DNA from: Amoebophrya sp. A120
Taxonomy: Eukaryota > Protista > Dinoflagellata
NCBI GenBank assembly: GCA_905178155.1
Contig: CAJINV010000009.1
Span: forward strand, 3,635,341 to 3,699,340
Reading direction: 5' to 3'
DNA length: 64,000 nucleotides
In this document: positions 37,787 through 49,700 of the stretch, in pieces
Layout of the letters: each line of letters begins with the position of its first letter
Position numbering within the stretch: position 1 is the first letter of the stretch
Made by a program: the position numbers and the translations under genes
Notes under the pieces: model-generated
The model's database searches: none
Seen by the model: the letters and a program-made list of their open reading frames with translations, nothing else
Told to the model about the DNA's origin: nothing

Positions 37787-40700
37787 ATGGAAGAAGTAGA
37801 CGGCGCTGCTAGCAGTGGAACGTCGTCGAGGCGAGGAAGAGGTTGGGTATGTACAAGAACTACTTCGACTTCCGAACCTTTACGGGTCGGAGAAGGCGCG
37901 GCGGCCGCAATGAGGAGCTGCAGCTGCCCGAGTAGACACAACAAAGTTTTTCACCGGGGGAGAAGAATGAGAATGAAGACATCGCCCGAAAGTAGACTGC
38001 ATGGAAACGACAACTACTCCCCCGCCCCCGTGACCGTGAGGGGATTTTCAACATTACTAACTGCAACTTTGAGCAGCTGTTTGGCGAATTCCACCTTAGC
38101 GTCGGCACTGCTGTGGTGGAAAAAGAGGAGGAGAAAAATAAAAACAGCAAATAGAGGCGGAGGCGGAGCCGCGGTTCCCGCTCCGCCGAAAATACAAGCA
38201 AAGCCCATGATTCTACACGATCGACATCACTCCTGGAGGTTTGTTTCAAGAACTACATACCAGCAGTTTCTCCACTTTCTCCTCTGTTCCTGCCTGTCAG
38301 CTAGCACCAGGCTGATCTACATCTACTTACTTCTGCACCACCCCGCTTCAATATTCCTCTTCCCCACGACCCCCGTCAACGCCCAAATGACCAAACCGCC
38401 GACCACGTCAACGTTAGCGCTTTCCAACGGAGTAACCATCTACCACCCGATTCTGCAGACCAACCAGACGCGGTGTTGGCCGCTGAAACGGAGCTTGTGC
38501 GACACCTACCGCCACGGCAACCCCTGGAGCTACGGGGAGTTTCTGAACACCTCAGAGTGGCTGCCCCACCGGCCGGTAAAATCGGTGCAACGCTTCGTGG
38601 GGCTGAAAACCAACCTGCCGCAACTGGCCTCGACCGTGTCCGTCTCGAGCAGCACGGTCGCGTATGGGGTTCTCAAACGTTAATACATTCCCAACTGTTA
38701 CATGATTTTGTCATGCAGAAGCACTATCATCATCCTCAAGATCAAGCTGCTCCGCATGATAAATTTGCGAAGGGCCAAACCTCACCTAAGTAATGTGCCA
38801 AATCTGTCATGCAAAAGGCGCAACCTTCCCCCTTTCAGTTTTGCCATTCTTGCATCACAACAGTTGAGAATGTAGCAGTTGAGAACGCCATATCGCAAAG
38901 GACGGGCTTTTCGTCGATGCCAGCCACTCGCTGGGAAGCAACGGCGACATCTACGGCGACCCAGCACCCGTGGCTTTTGGGACCGCGATAGAATACCAGC
39001 AGTGTATGCATCGCGAATGTAGTATCGTGGTGTTTGTCGTACTAATCACAGTCGTGCTTGACAGATCTAGTATTGCGCCACGACCTGTAGGGAAATCAGC
39101 ATATACAAATTGCATCTCTTCTTTTGGGAGAATTTGTTTTGCGAGTTAGACAAGTAGGGCGATATTTGTTTTGCAATGCATAGAATACACAGCCCAACAG
39201 TACTTGTTTACGTACCTCAACTCGTTTCCGGTCCTGAACAATGTGAAAGACGGTGAGCTGCAGAAGGTCGGCGCCGCCGGCACCGGTGCGGAGTGTTTCG
39301 GCGTCATGTGCCTGCTATGCATTCTTGCAACAGCATCGCACTAGTAGTGATCGCATTACAAATGAAGTAGCTCAGCATGATGACAAATCGAATTTGTGAT
39401 GCTGATTCACCTTGAGCAAAAGATTTGTCATGCATAAACCGCAATGACTACGGTACGAGTGCGATACTTTTGCACCCGATACCTGCTCGTCGAGATGTCT
39501 ACTGCCGCGACAAACGCCGCCAACGCGCTTGGCTATCGATTGCAAATATGTCTGGGTCTGGAAGGTTTGAACTTGTAATGCTGGTCTTGCATTCCTGTGA
39601 AATCTGCGCTGCATGACCTAGAAAACAAGTTGCAGGAGCCTCTTGTGTCATACAAAAACGCAGTTTCTCATGCGGACTGCCTATAAGAAAGCGCTCTGGA
39701 GGAAAGTTGTCATGCTGGGCTGCGTTCGAAAGTGTTTCCATCGTCCACATTTTAGCATCACAAGTTTCCAGACCCAGATGACATTTTTGCATTTGATATC
39801 GGCACGGCATCCACCACCACCGGACAGACGATGCTGTACCTGAACGCCTTGCCGCTATCGCAACTGTATCCCGTGCAAACGGATTGGTGTATTTGGCGTA
39901 GCAATTGCTATTGCAATTTTATGCATGACAAACTCAAACGACCCACGAGGACTTCGACTTTCTTACCACAATCGCCATTCGTGGTCTCTTATGAGAAAGT
40001 TTCAGGTCGTTGTGTACGCAATTGCTACGAGGAGAATGAATCTCAATCTTACAATGCATAAACTTCTCGCGATGTCCGGAGGGGCGGCCACCTCTTCTGG
40101 AGGAAACAACGCCACGACTGGGGATAGCACCGGAGCGGGAACCTCGGCAACGCATGCCGCACCGGAGGTGTTCGAAAAGACATCCCTCTCCCTCTCGTCG
40201 GTGGTGCACAGAAGGTTAAACCAGGACTGCATTTTATGCAGTGTTACAATTGCTTTTGCCTCCCCACCCCGCCGCGGCTCGAGTTTGTTTGTCATGTAAA
40301 TTAAACCGATTTGTAAATGAACATGAAGATCATGGTCCACAACTGCCTCTACCGTTGGTGCCACGGACTCATGGACTTTCACCTACAAAATCCGAGTTGC
40401 TCTTGAGGCTCTCTCTCTGTCTACTGATGCTGTTTATGCAAGACGAAGACAACTTTTTCAGTTTTATGATCTTCATCAGCTGCAGCCCCCGGGAACTGGT
40501 GGGGCATACTAATTTCCGTTGCATACTCTCCCGGTGTTACGGGTGTGCTTCTGGAGTTTCCGGTGCCCGACAAAGACACGCGGTTTGAAATCTACTGGGG
40601 TGATGGGCGATTGCTGCTGCCGTTTGACCGAAACCTGCAAAAGGTTCCAAACCTTGGCTTAGCGGACAATCCCCTGACAGCGTGCCATATGCACTGCAAA

Positions 40701-43700
40701 AGACAAAGAGTAGCTCTACTGAGTTGTTGTACTGTGTCTGTGCGCAACACGACGCAATATCAAACAGCACGACGACGTGCATGAGAAACTGAATCAAGAA
40801 GGATCCGAGTAGTAGAGGAGGTTCCGAGATCGCCGAAAAAGATATTTAAGAAGGAGCATTGATGTCTTATGGTGCGCAAAACCTCGAACGCGAGTGCTCT
40901 TTTTGCAGTGCATAGACCATCCGAATATCGAGATGATCGTACGGGAAACCGACCCAAACGCCGATCGATATGGAGTTCTCAAATGTTACACTCTCAACTG
41001 TTACGCGAATTTGTATATGCAAGAACGGCAAAGGTGAAAGGGGGAAGATTGCTCCTTTTGCATTACAAATTCCGCACAGATTTACATGCTGTTTAGCCCT
41101 CCGGGGATTTGTCATGCGTAGCCGCTTGATCATCTGTTCTGGCGGCGTAAGGTACTTTTGCATGACAAAGTCATGTAACAGTTGAGAATGTAACAGTTGA
41201 GATCGCCATAGTCGAATCATTCCGCAGAATCTACCGACGTTCGACATAGGACCCATGGAGTACTGCACGCATGAGAAGGTAGTGCAGAAGTGTTTGGATA
41301 TTTTACACGATATTGTGCTGCAACAAAATTTTAATTATGAAGTGTGCTCCTGTGTGCTACCCATACCCTCTTGTTCTTCTTCGTTATGCAGAAATGCTTC
41401 TCCGTAGTTCTGACGTGATTTAGTATACTTGACATTCACAGCTCATGCTCAAGTCAACTTCAGCACTGACATAAAAAAACAGGCCATGCAGCAGTGTTGC
41501 TGGATAGAGTGCGGTTACTACATAATGGATTCCCGGAGTAATCCGCCAAACGGGCCGCTCTGCTGGTTTGCTTTGGAATACGGAGAGTTGCCACTGGGCA
41601 CGTCTTATGCATTGCAAATGTTGCTGGTTCTGGAAGAGTCAGACTCAGAGTTTCAGTTTATCATGCTAGAATTTCTGGGTGACACAAAAATCTGTAGTGC
41701 GTGAGCAGCAGAAGCCGCCCATTCTTGGGCACCCGAAGGAGGCATTTGTCGTGCAGGATAGGAGGCATTCCAGAGTCTTGACCTTCTCAACAAAGCGTGT
41801 GACACTACAGCTCAGACGTTCTGGGCCATGCGACGAGACCTGCATGACAAACCTTGCAATCTTGGAGAGCCAGAAATATTTGCTCTTGACACGTCTAAAA
41901 CACCGGAATACACCGTGTGGCGGGTGCAGTATGAATTGCAAATATATCGTATTTGCTAGGAGTAATTGCATCACTACAAATTATTTGCTTAGCATGACGG
42001 GAAGGGAATTTGTAATGCGGATGTAGCTTAACGAAGATGTTTGTCATGCTTAAGTGCAAAAATTACTACGATAATACGATATTTTTGCAACGCATATTGA
42101 GCGCGTGTCGGCGAAGGTCCGCGAGGACACCATCAATGACGAAATGGAAAACCCGACCGGAATGCTCAGTTTCGGGGGGATCGTCCAGGACTCTCTCGAC
42201 TCCATTGACTTGGAAGCCGACTATATCGCAAGAAAAAACTGTTTCAATATGAACTTGTGATGCAGAAAATGCAACACAGAACTACTTGTCTTGCTACACG
42301 ACCTGCAAGACACTGGATTTTCAAGCGTGTTTTCGATTAGGAAGCGCGCATGACAAATTTTCAGTGTCGTGTGTGACAAACTTGTGATGCAGATCTTGCA
42401 AAATCATCACAGTGAAGCAGTTTTTTCGTGGGATAGACTACCCAAAACAGCGGCTCCATGCGGGCGTCGCGAAGACCTACCAACCCTGCGCCTACTGTTC
42501 GGTGCGACAAGAAAGCGTGAACAGCCCGCGCGGGATTCAGGAGTTGCATGCGGGGAAACGGTCACCGATGGGGGATTACAACGAGGAGACGGGTAAGATG
42601 AGCGTGAAAATCGTTTGGGAACCCCACGTGATCGAGCCGTTGTTGCAGTTGGGCGGTTTTCCCACCTTCGACCACTGGGTCCAATCCGGAAACGGGTCGA
42701 GCGTATCAAATGTAAAAGTGTCTGGGTCTCCTGGAAGAATGCCAAACTTGTAATGCAGGTTTTCCATGACCCATGAGGTCTGGTATGTAGGACATAGCAT
42801 GACAGATTCTGCGTTAGTTCTATCATGCCTGTCCTGCATGAGAAACTGCCTCTCGATGAGGTCAAAAGTGGACAGCTTTTGGTAATCATGCAGCACAAAT
42901 TTTTGCATGACTCAGATTTAGCATGACAAGTTGCAATCTTCATCCAGACCCAGACACATTTGCAATCCATAGAGCGGCTATCTGTACAACCTGGAACAAA
43001 TCCCCCTGCTTATCCTAAGCAAAAACGTCCCCACGACCCCATAGTCCATTTGCGAATCTAGCAACACAAATCTCCAAGTTTTCGGAGCTGTGCATGACAA
43101 GCTTCCCCGTGCATTGTAGTGCTGGTTAGCAAGGGAAGTCGCATGAGAAAGCCATTCTCTCATCCTGTTTACAGCAGTACAAACTCCAAAACGCGACTGG
43201 TTGGTAATGCCTCTCGTGGATCTGCGCATTGCAAATATTCCTGTCATGGCGCATTTGCATGACAACCCTGGGGTGGGGACGTTTTTACTTGGGATACTGC
43301 TTACAGAGCAGGAGGCAAACAACCTGACGAACCGGGACCAAGTGATGCGCACGCAGATTCAGTTTATGCATTGCAAATATGTCTGGGTCTGGAAACTTGT
43401 GATGCTGGATGGCGTATCATGAGGAGGCCACAAATGCTGGCTAAGCATGACAAGTTTCTGAGCTCCTTCTAGGTGTTGCCTATTCTGCGTCACAAACTGC
43501 GTTTCTGCATGACAGAAAAATAGAGCTCTTGGGTAACGTGCGTGACAGATTTAAGAGCCATGCCAGACAAGCATGGCAAACAGACTGACAACATATTTGC
43601 ACTTGATTCAGTTCAACAACCTACAAAAACCGGGGTTGCGGCTCTTTGTCCGGGTCTACGAGCAGCGGACCACCTCGGACTCCGACTTTTGGAAGGTGAA

Positions 43701-45386
43701 TATCAAACAAAAAAGTGTATAACGTTAACGGTTTTCACTGATGGCAGTCATGCATTACAAATTTTGCCTTCCATGCATGCTATGCAATACAAATTTGCGC
43801 ACCTCCTTTTCTGATGGATCACTGCATCACAAATTCCGTTAACGTTAACACTTTTTCCTGTGATAGTGAACCACACGGATGCGGTCAGTTTCAAGGACGA
43901 CCATACGCTTCGCAAAAGTATCGTACTCGTATGAATGCATCACAAATTTCCTCAGCATGAGAAATGCTACAAATAAAATCTGCAATGCGGAATTACCTTA
44001 AGGACAGGATTTGTAATGCATGGTTGCAATGCGAGTGCGAGACTTTTGCACACGATAGACCAGAAGGTGGAGCAAGGCTGGACCGCGAACCGAAAAGCAA
44101 ACGGAGACCTGGTGAATTGGATCGACAAGGGGGTTTTTCCGGGGTATTTATGGATTGCAAATATGTCTGGGTCTGGAAACTTGTAATGCTAAAAGTGAAT
44201 GATAGACGCACTGCAATACGCAGCTATGCAGGTGGACAAATCTGCTGCTGGCTGCCATGTCTTACGTATTCCGCATGGCGAACTGCGTGTTAGTTTGTAT
44301 GACACGTAAGGGGGCCTTTTCGTGCCTATGCAACACAGATTCTCGAGTAATGCCAGAAACGCATGACAAACTTGCACTCTTCCAGACGCAGACATTATTG
44401 CATTCGATAGTATTTTCTGGAGTCCAAGTTTCAGGAATCGGCGGAGTACTACCCAGTGAACCCTTTTTTCGACCCCGAGAATCCGTTATGATAGTGGACA
44501 TAGGTCTTCTTGCTCTGCAGGAGGCAGATTCTGCATGGATGGAAAGATGCACGAATAAACTACCGGACTTCATCATCGGCAAATCCAAATATGCGCAGCT
44601 GTTTGAGCTATTCATGCGGACGATGAACTTGCCATGCAAAGAACTTCACGGACGAACAAAGCGCAACGAGCACGAGCAGTATTCTGCATTTTGCATTGCA
44701 AATGGTTGTCCACTAGCATATGGTTCGAAAAACTGGAACTGCTACGCGGGGCGATCCGTGCCGGTGCCGGACCTCATCCCCTGGACTATGAGGGTGCACA
44801 ACTTCCCGTCCTTCTCATTTGTAGTTGTACTGCAGCAAGGTATTCAATGCACAGTTTACGACGTTTGCGTTTGCCTCTATGCACGGTTTTCATGACACAT
44901 TTTGGAGCATCAAACAGTACTGCAGTACGTGTTCAGATTTGATGTCGCGAAGATGAAGCCACATTTCCGGCGTTGCGTGTGCTGCTGCTCATGCCATTCA
45001 AATGCGCGGGAGGGGGGTTGTGCGCCGTTATATGGAGCCGAGCGAATGCGGAGCTGTTTTCATATCCACAGGAAATAGTATTGCATTTTCCGTACTGCGT
45101 GTACGATTCCAAATACATGATCAAATGCGGTTCCTGCATAAAAAAGCTTCTTTCCCACGCTATTCAGCATGGCAAGCAGTATGTTTCCCTAGGTTCGTGG
45201 CGATAAAATTTGTGGTGCATTTTGTATATGACCACCAGTACTGACGGGAAATTCAAATTTGTATTGCATACTTCAGACGCGCAGCCTAGAAGAGGTGGTG
45301 GAGGTACGATACGAAATAGGTTGGGATTCCTATTTACGATAACCACGACGATCATCGCCTCCGCGATAATACCTACCAGACCTTAG
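37787..45386 (+). CDS. Large hypothetical, possibly secreted or surface protein, with about 20 introner introns
   Basis: Frame stays open across 19 consecutive element+5 nt removals from 38663 to 44720. Hydrophobic segment near 38265-38385. The 3' end (hydrophobic tail ending 45386) is tentative. Confidence 0.65.
38663..38892. mobile_element. Introner, family F (TIR TATGG.GTTCTCAA..GTTACATTCTCAACTGTT)
   Basis: TSD TCGCG/TCGCA. Confidence 0.88.
39005..39182. mobile_element. Eroded family B-like introner
   Basis: TATGCATCGC...GCAATGCATA; +5 removal in frame, GT-AG removal gives TAA. Confidence 0.7.
39316..39481. mobile_element. Introner, family B
   Basis: TSD CCTGC/CCTGC. Confidence 0.88.
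39534..39798. mobile_element. Introner, family A
   Basis: TSD TTGGC/TCGGC. Confidence 0.88.
39867..40060. mobile_element. Eroded introner
   Basis: TSD AACTG/AACTT; +5 removal in frame. Confidence 0.65.
40235..40525. mobile_element. Eroded introner
   Basis: TATGCA...TGCATA; +5 removal in frame. Confidence 0.55.
40688..40914. mobile_element. Introner (TIR TATGCACTGCAAAA)
   Basis: TSD TGCCA/GACCA. Confidence 0.75.
40969..41210. mobile_element. Introner, family F
   Basis: TSD ATCGA/GTCGA. Confidence 0.88.
41311..41506. mobile_element. Eroded introner-like intron
   Basis: TATT..GCAACA...TGTTGC..GATA; +5 removal in frame. Confidence 0.45.
41606..41891. mobile_element. Introner, family A (diverged)
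   Basis: TSD CGTCT/CGTCT. Confidence 0.8.
41930..42096. mobile_element. Introner, family B (diverged)
   Basis: TSD TGCAG/TTGAG. Confidence 0.75.
42224..42435. mobile_element. Introner, family G-like
   Basis: TSD GACTA/GACTA. Confidence 0.85.
42704..42971. mobile_element. Introner, family A
   Basis: TSD GAGCG/GAGCG. Confidence 0.9.
43011..43296. mobile_element. Introner, family I (TIR core AAAAACGTCCCCAC)
   Basis: TSD CTGCT/CTGCT. Confidence 0.88.
43365..43608. mobile_element. Introner, family A
   Basis: TSD CAGTT/CAGTT. Confidence 0.85.
43701..43865. mobile_element. Introner, family E
   Basis: TSD GTGAA/GTGAA. Confidence 0.9.
43904..44057. mobile_element. Introner, family B
   Basis: TSD GACCA/GACCA. 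Confidence 0.88.
44149..44409. mobile_element. Introner, family A
   Basis: TSD GTATT/GTATT. Confidence 0.88.
44487..44720. mobile_element. Introner, singleton family (TIR TATG.TAGTGGACA)
   Basis: TATGATAGTGGACA...TGTCCACTAGCATA; +5 removal in frame. Confidence 0.7.
45063..45270. mobile_element. Introner, family H
   Basis: TSD TTTCA/CTTCA. Confidence 0.75.
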
Positions 45387-46717
45387 TGTACTACCACAGT
45401 GCTATAGTACCAATGACTATCTACAACGAAAGGAATATACCGCGATGAAGATGAACAAGCGCTAGTAGCCCCTTGCAACATCAAGTTTTCTTTTCCCGCC
45501 AAAACTACAAAATAGAAAAGAAAAAAAATTCGCTCGCGAGCAGCGATCTGGACAGGAGCAACGCGCCGGTTGTTCTCGGCTGCACAGACACGAAGTTTGT
45601 TGTGAGTCAGCAATCCCGTTCGGTATTTTCAATGTGATGATATTATATCGGGGGTGTGGCTCCTGTGGCCCCTCTCGGGACACGAACAGAAATAGAAATT
45701 ACTATATCGGTTTTTTTCGCGACGAGAAGTAAATCGGAGTTTGTTGTCTTCTTATTTTGAAGTCTGTCGTCTGCATGGAAGCGCTAATATCTATTTCGGT
45801 TGCTCCTTGCTTCTTCGGGTTTCGGACTGCTCATTTTCTCGCTTTTATTTGTTGTCTGCGTGCCCGTGCTTCAACGTGTTAAGGTTAACCTGAACACATC
45901 ATCTGCAGAAGCCCTACTAGACGACAATTCCTCTTGATGTGACGGCGCTGCCGCTTGTCGTATGGTGGACGTCGTCCACCATGATCTCTAGATTGTCGAA
46001 AACCGTAATGCTTACCTGCTCCACCTCGGTTCGTGCGCGGCTATTAGAACTTCATATGAGCCCACCGTGGTTTTTTCTCGGTCTCGTACTCGTTCCGCTC
46101 CCTGTGGTGCTTGCTCTACGGCAACTCTTCGGCTAGCTTGTAGTACTATACCCTCTTGAAAATCACTCACTGACTCCCTCGTCCACGACTACTTCGCACT
46201 TTTGCACTGACTCGTCATCTCTGTCAGTCTGTCATAGATATTGAGATGAAAAATGTGCTGGCCAATCACACGTCAATGCTTGTCAAGAACATTTTCTGCA
46301 AATTATCACAGCAAGAACAGCTCAGTGCTTGTGTCTCTTGTTTTTGCACCCCGATTTTTCAACTCCTGCTTTTCTACGTAAACTGTAGATTCAAGTTGTA
46401 AGTTCCTCATTGTTGACGTCGCGCACCTTCATTCACATTCACTCGCTGATGGCAGTGGCACAAGAAGGAAGCAGACGGCAATAGTGGTGCTGCGCAGCGA
46501 TTTACCACAATAAACACCAAGCAGAACAACTTTTTATCTTCTAACTTTACTCAAATTGTTGTATCACGATCAGCTACAGCTTTCAACAACACGACCTGAA
46601 GCCGGTTACTCACTGCAACTACGACCAGCCGGCGCGTCATCACTGCGAACACCCGGACCTAGTGCTGCGTTATTCTTGTTGAGAAAAATAAGTTCAGCAG
46701 CAACACCTCCAGAGAAC

Positions 46718-49700
46718 ATGAAAATGAAACTCCAGCGACACGACGAACAGCGTCACGCGGCTCCTCTCCCGGGAGTTGCAAGAGCAGGTCGTCTTGTTTC
46801 AGTTTCTCGTGTCGCGGTCGCCTCGCAGGTATTGATGGACCTCAGGTGGAGCCTGTTCTGCGCTGACACGATCACGTCTTTTGCCGAGGCCCGGGTGACC
46901 GAAGGAAGCACTACGGGCATCAAAACCGAGGCGACACAAATCGAACACGAAGAAAATATCAAGTGCAATAAAAATAGGTCTGGAGGGTGGTCTGGAAAAG
47001 ACGAGAGTGCATTAAGATTAACCTAGAAGCTTGATGCCATACTGGGCTGGCATAGCTCTCAAGTCTGTGGCTATGCACATAATTGCTCTACTCGTCGCGA
47101 CCCAAAAGGACGAGCTGCCTCGTTTTATTTCTGTCATGATCTTCATGAAGACGAAACGCAATGGCAGTTTGCGTTTGCCATGCTGAATTTTTATACTAGA
47201 CTTCTGACAGGCACAGGTACAAGTTGACTGACGAGCAACGCAAAAACGTGTCAACATGTTGCGCCGCCAAATAAAATTGAGGCGTCGTGGTTCTTGCGAA
47301 GATTTTTGTTCAACCCGTAATGTTAAAGGACAGAAGTTTTTTACTAGAGTTCCACTTCCAGGCGTATTGGTATTTGCGTTCTTCGATAGAAGAGGAACAT
47401 GAAGAAGAGGAAGCGCAGCAACTCGCGGCAACATTCTTGACGACGAAGACGAAACGGACGGAAACGACCCAGACGAAGCAGGCCCAATCGCAGCAGAAAC
47501 AGGGACAAATGGTGTCGCGCCGGAGTTGGTGGAACTGGATGAATCCGATGAAATACTTCAGCAAGAAGAAGTTCAAAGACGTCGTTGGCGCCACACCTCT
47601 GGGAATGTGGGGCACGATGCGCCGAAAGTGCAAGTGTGAATCGCCGGACGTACGAACTGCAAATTATATGTCTGGGTCTGGAAAACGAAAATAAATGTGG
47701 ATCCAAATAAGTTGTCATGCTGAATCTGACTCGTACGTCGAAATACCTGTGTTGCAGGACCCGCATGATCAAAAGTATACTTACTTACCCACGACTTACC
47801 GCAACGCAAAAGGCAAGTTTGTTTCCCATGGGGAATAGGCATTAAGAAGGTCGTGCAAAGGTTGTGATGCTTCAACATCTGGGTGCATCTGCATTCCAGA
47901 CCATCATTGTGATGCACGAGATGCATGCATGACAACAAGCGGCCGCGCTCTCTTCGAGACCCAGAGATAAGTATTTGCATTTGATAGGACGGCGACCCGT
48001 ACAATGTGATCCCACTGAAGCACGAAGACCCGAATCTCGCTCGTCGTGTTGACGTTTTCGCTCTAGCGGGCGGGAACATGTTCGGAGAGAATCCTGCGTT
48101 GCAGCAGTTTGCCGAAGCGCAGAAACAAGAGCAGATTCTCACTCGTCCTGCAACAGCAACCGACAGCATGGATTCTCACGTGGACAATGTGAATCCCAAT
48201 GTGGGCAATGCTCAGTTGGTCCTTGGCGTAATGCCAAAGAAGGGCGTGTGCGACGGGGTTTGGGCCTGTGCGCTGAAGGGAACCTGTGGTAAGATGAACG
48301 GAGGGCGACTCGCACTGCATCCGACGGGAATCAGATATGGAGTTCTCAAATGTTACATTCTCAACTGTTACAGGAATTTGTAATGCAAGAACGGCGAAAG
48401 TGAAAGGGGGAAGATAGCTCCTTTTGCATTACAAAGTCCGCACAGATTTACATGCTGTTTAGCCTTCCGGGGATTTGTCACGCGTAGCCGCTTGTTTATC
48501 TACTGGCGGCTTCAGGTACTTTTGCATGACAAATCCATGCTGAGGTATGATGTACGGGTGCAGTCGGGTATGCATGACAAATCCGTGGAACAGTTGAGAC
48601 TGTAACGTTTGGGAATGCCATATCAGAGCCGTTGTGTCTATCAATGACATGAAAAAGGAAGTGCCGTCGCTTCCGTGGGCGGACAAGTATAAAGAGCAAC
48701 GTGCGATGAACTGCAAGGAAGACACGGAAGTTGGCCGAATGCCACTTGCAAATGTGTACCCGGACCTCGCTGATTGGCAACAAGTGTACCAGTGCCAACC
48801 TTCGTTTTGGGGGAAAGGACTCAGGTGGAGGTGGGACTGGAAGTGTTACGAAGAAGACCTCTGCCCCAGCACCCAAGGACCACAGCAACAGCTGCAGGCG
48901 GCGGCGGCGACGGCGGCGGCGCCGTGGTCGATCAATCAAGAACATTCACTTTCCCACAAGCAGTTTTGTTGGACCGACCACGTTCCTCTTAACGTCGAGG
49001 CAATCGACGCTGCGGCGGAACAAATCAGAGAATTTCTCGTCGCAGGAAAAAGCACCTACGTCCACTGCAAGGCGGGCATGGCGCGGTCGGCCATGGCGGT
49101 CATCGGTTTTTTGATGAAGTACGGAAAGTGCTTCGATGAGGAACAGGGAGAGGGGGGCGCAGACCGGCCACTGCAGGTTTGAATATAGGTCTCAGCTTTC
49201 GAGCTTTCGCCTTTTCGCAACGTACTGACAAACTGTAAACTGCAGAGAGGCGACGGGCTGAAGGCCCGCGAGCTGCTAAGTTTGGCCTTTACGTTTGGCC
49301 TTTTGTAGCGTGTTGGCAGGCTGGGAGCTGCAGAGCACGCGCGGGCTGACGGCCTACAGGCTGCCCAGCTGCGCGGGCTGAGGGGCTGCGAAGTCAAGTA
49401 CAAGTGTGCGCAGCTGCGCGAACTGCTTCCGCGTTCGCGGGGCACTGAGTAAAAAACCAAGGCGCGGCGCTTCGTTTTTTTGTGTTTGGGCACGGTCGCC
49501 GAACTGACTGCCCGCGGACGGTGGGGCGCTGGTGGAGTGCGCCAACTGCCTGCGCGCCTGCGTAGGCCGCGCGTGTCGGTTCCGATCGCTCGTGGGAAAC
49601 AAAGAGAAAGCGTGGGGCGGTGGGGCTGCGGCCCATTGGATAGAGCGCAAGAAATTGGGGGGGGGGGGTCGGGGGGGGGGAAACGGGGCAAGGGCAAGGC

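Noticed and set aside
44257-44895. 212-aa ORF as a standalone gene or single exon
   Set aside because: It runs through element 44149-44409 and a TIR element at 44487-44720. The exon 44415-44486 is in a different frame (FLESKFQESAEYYPVNPFFDPENP).
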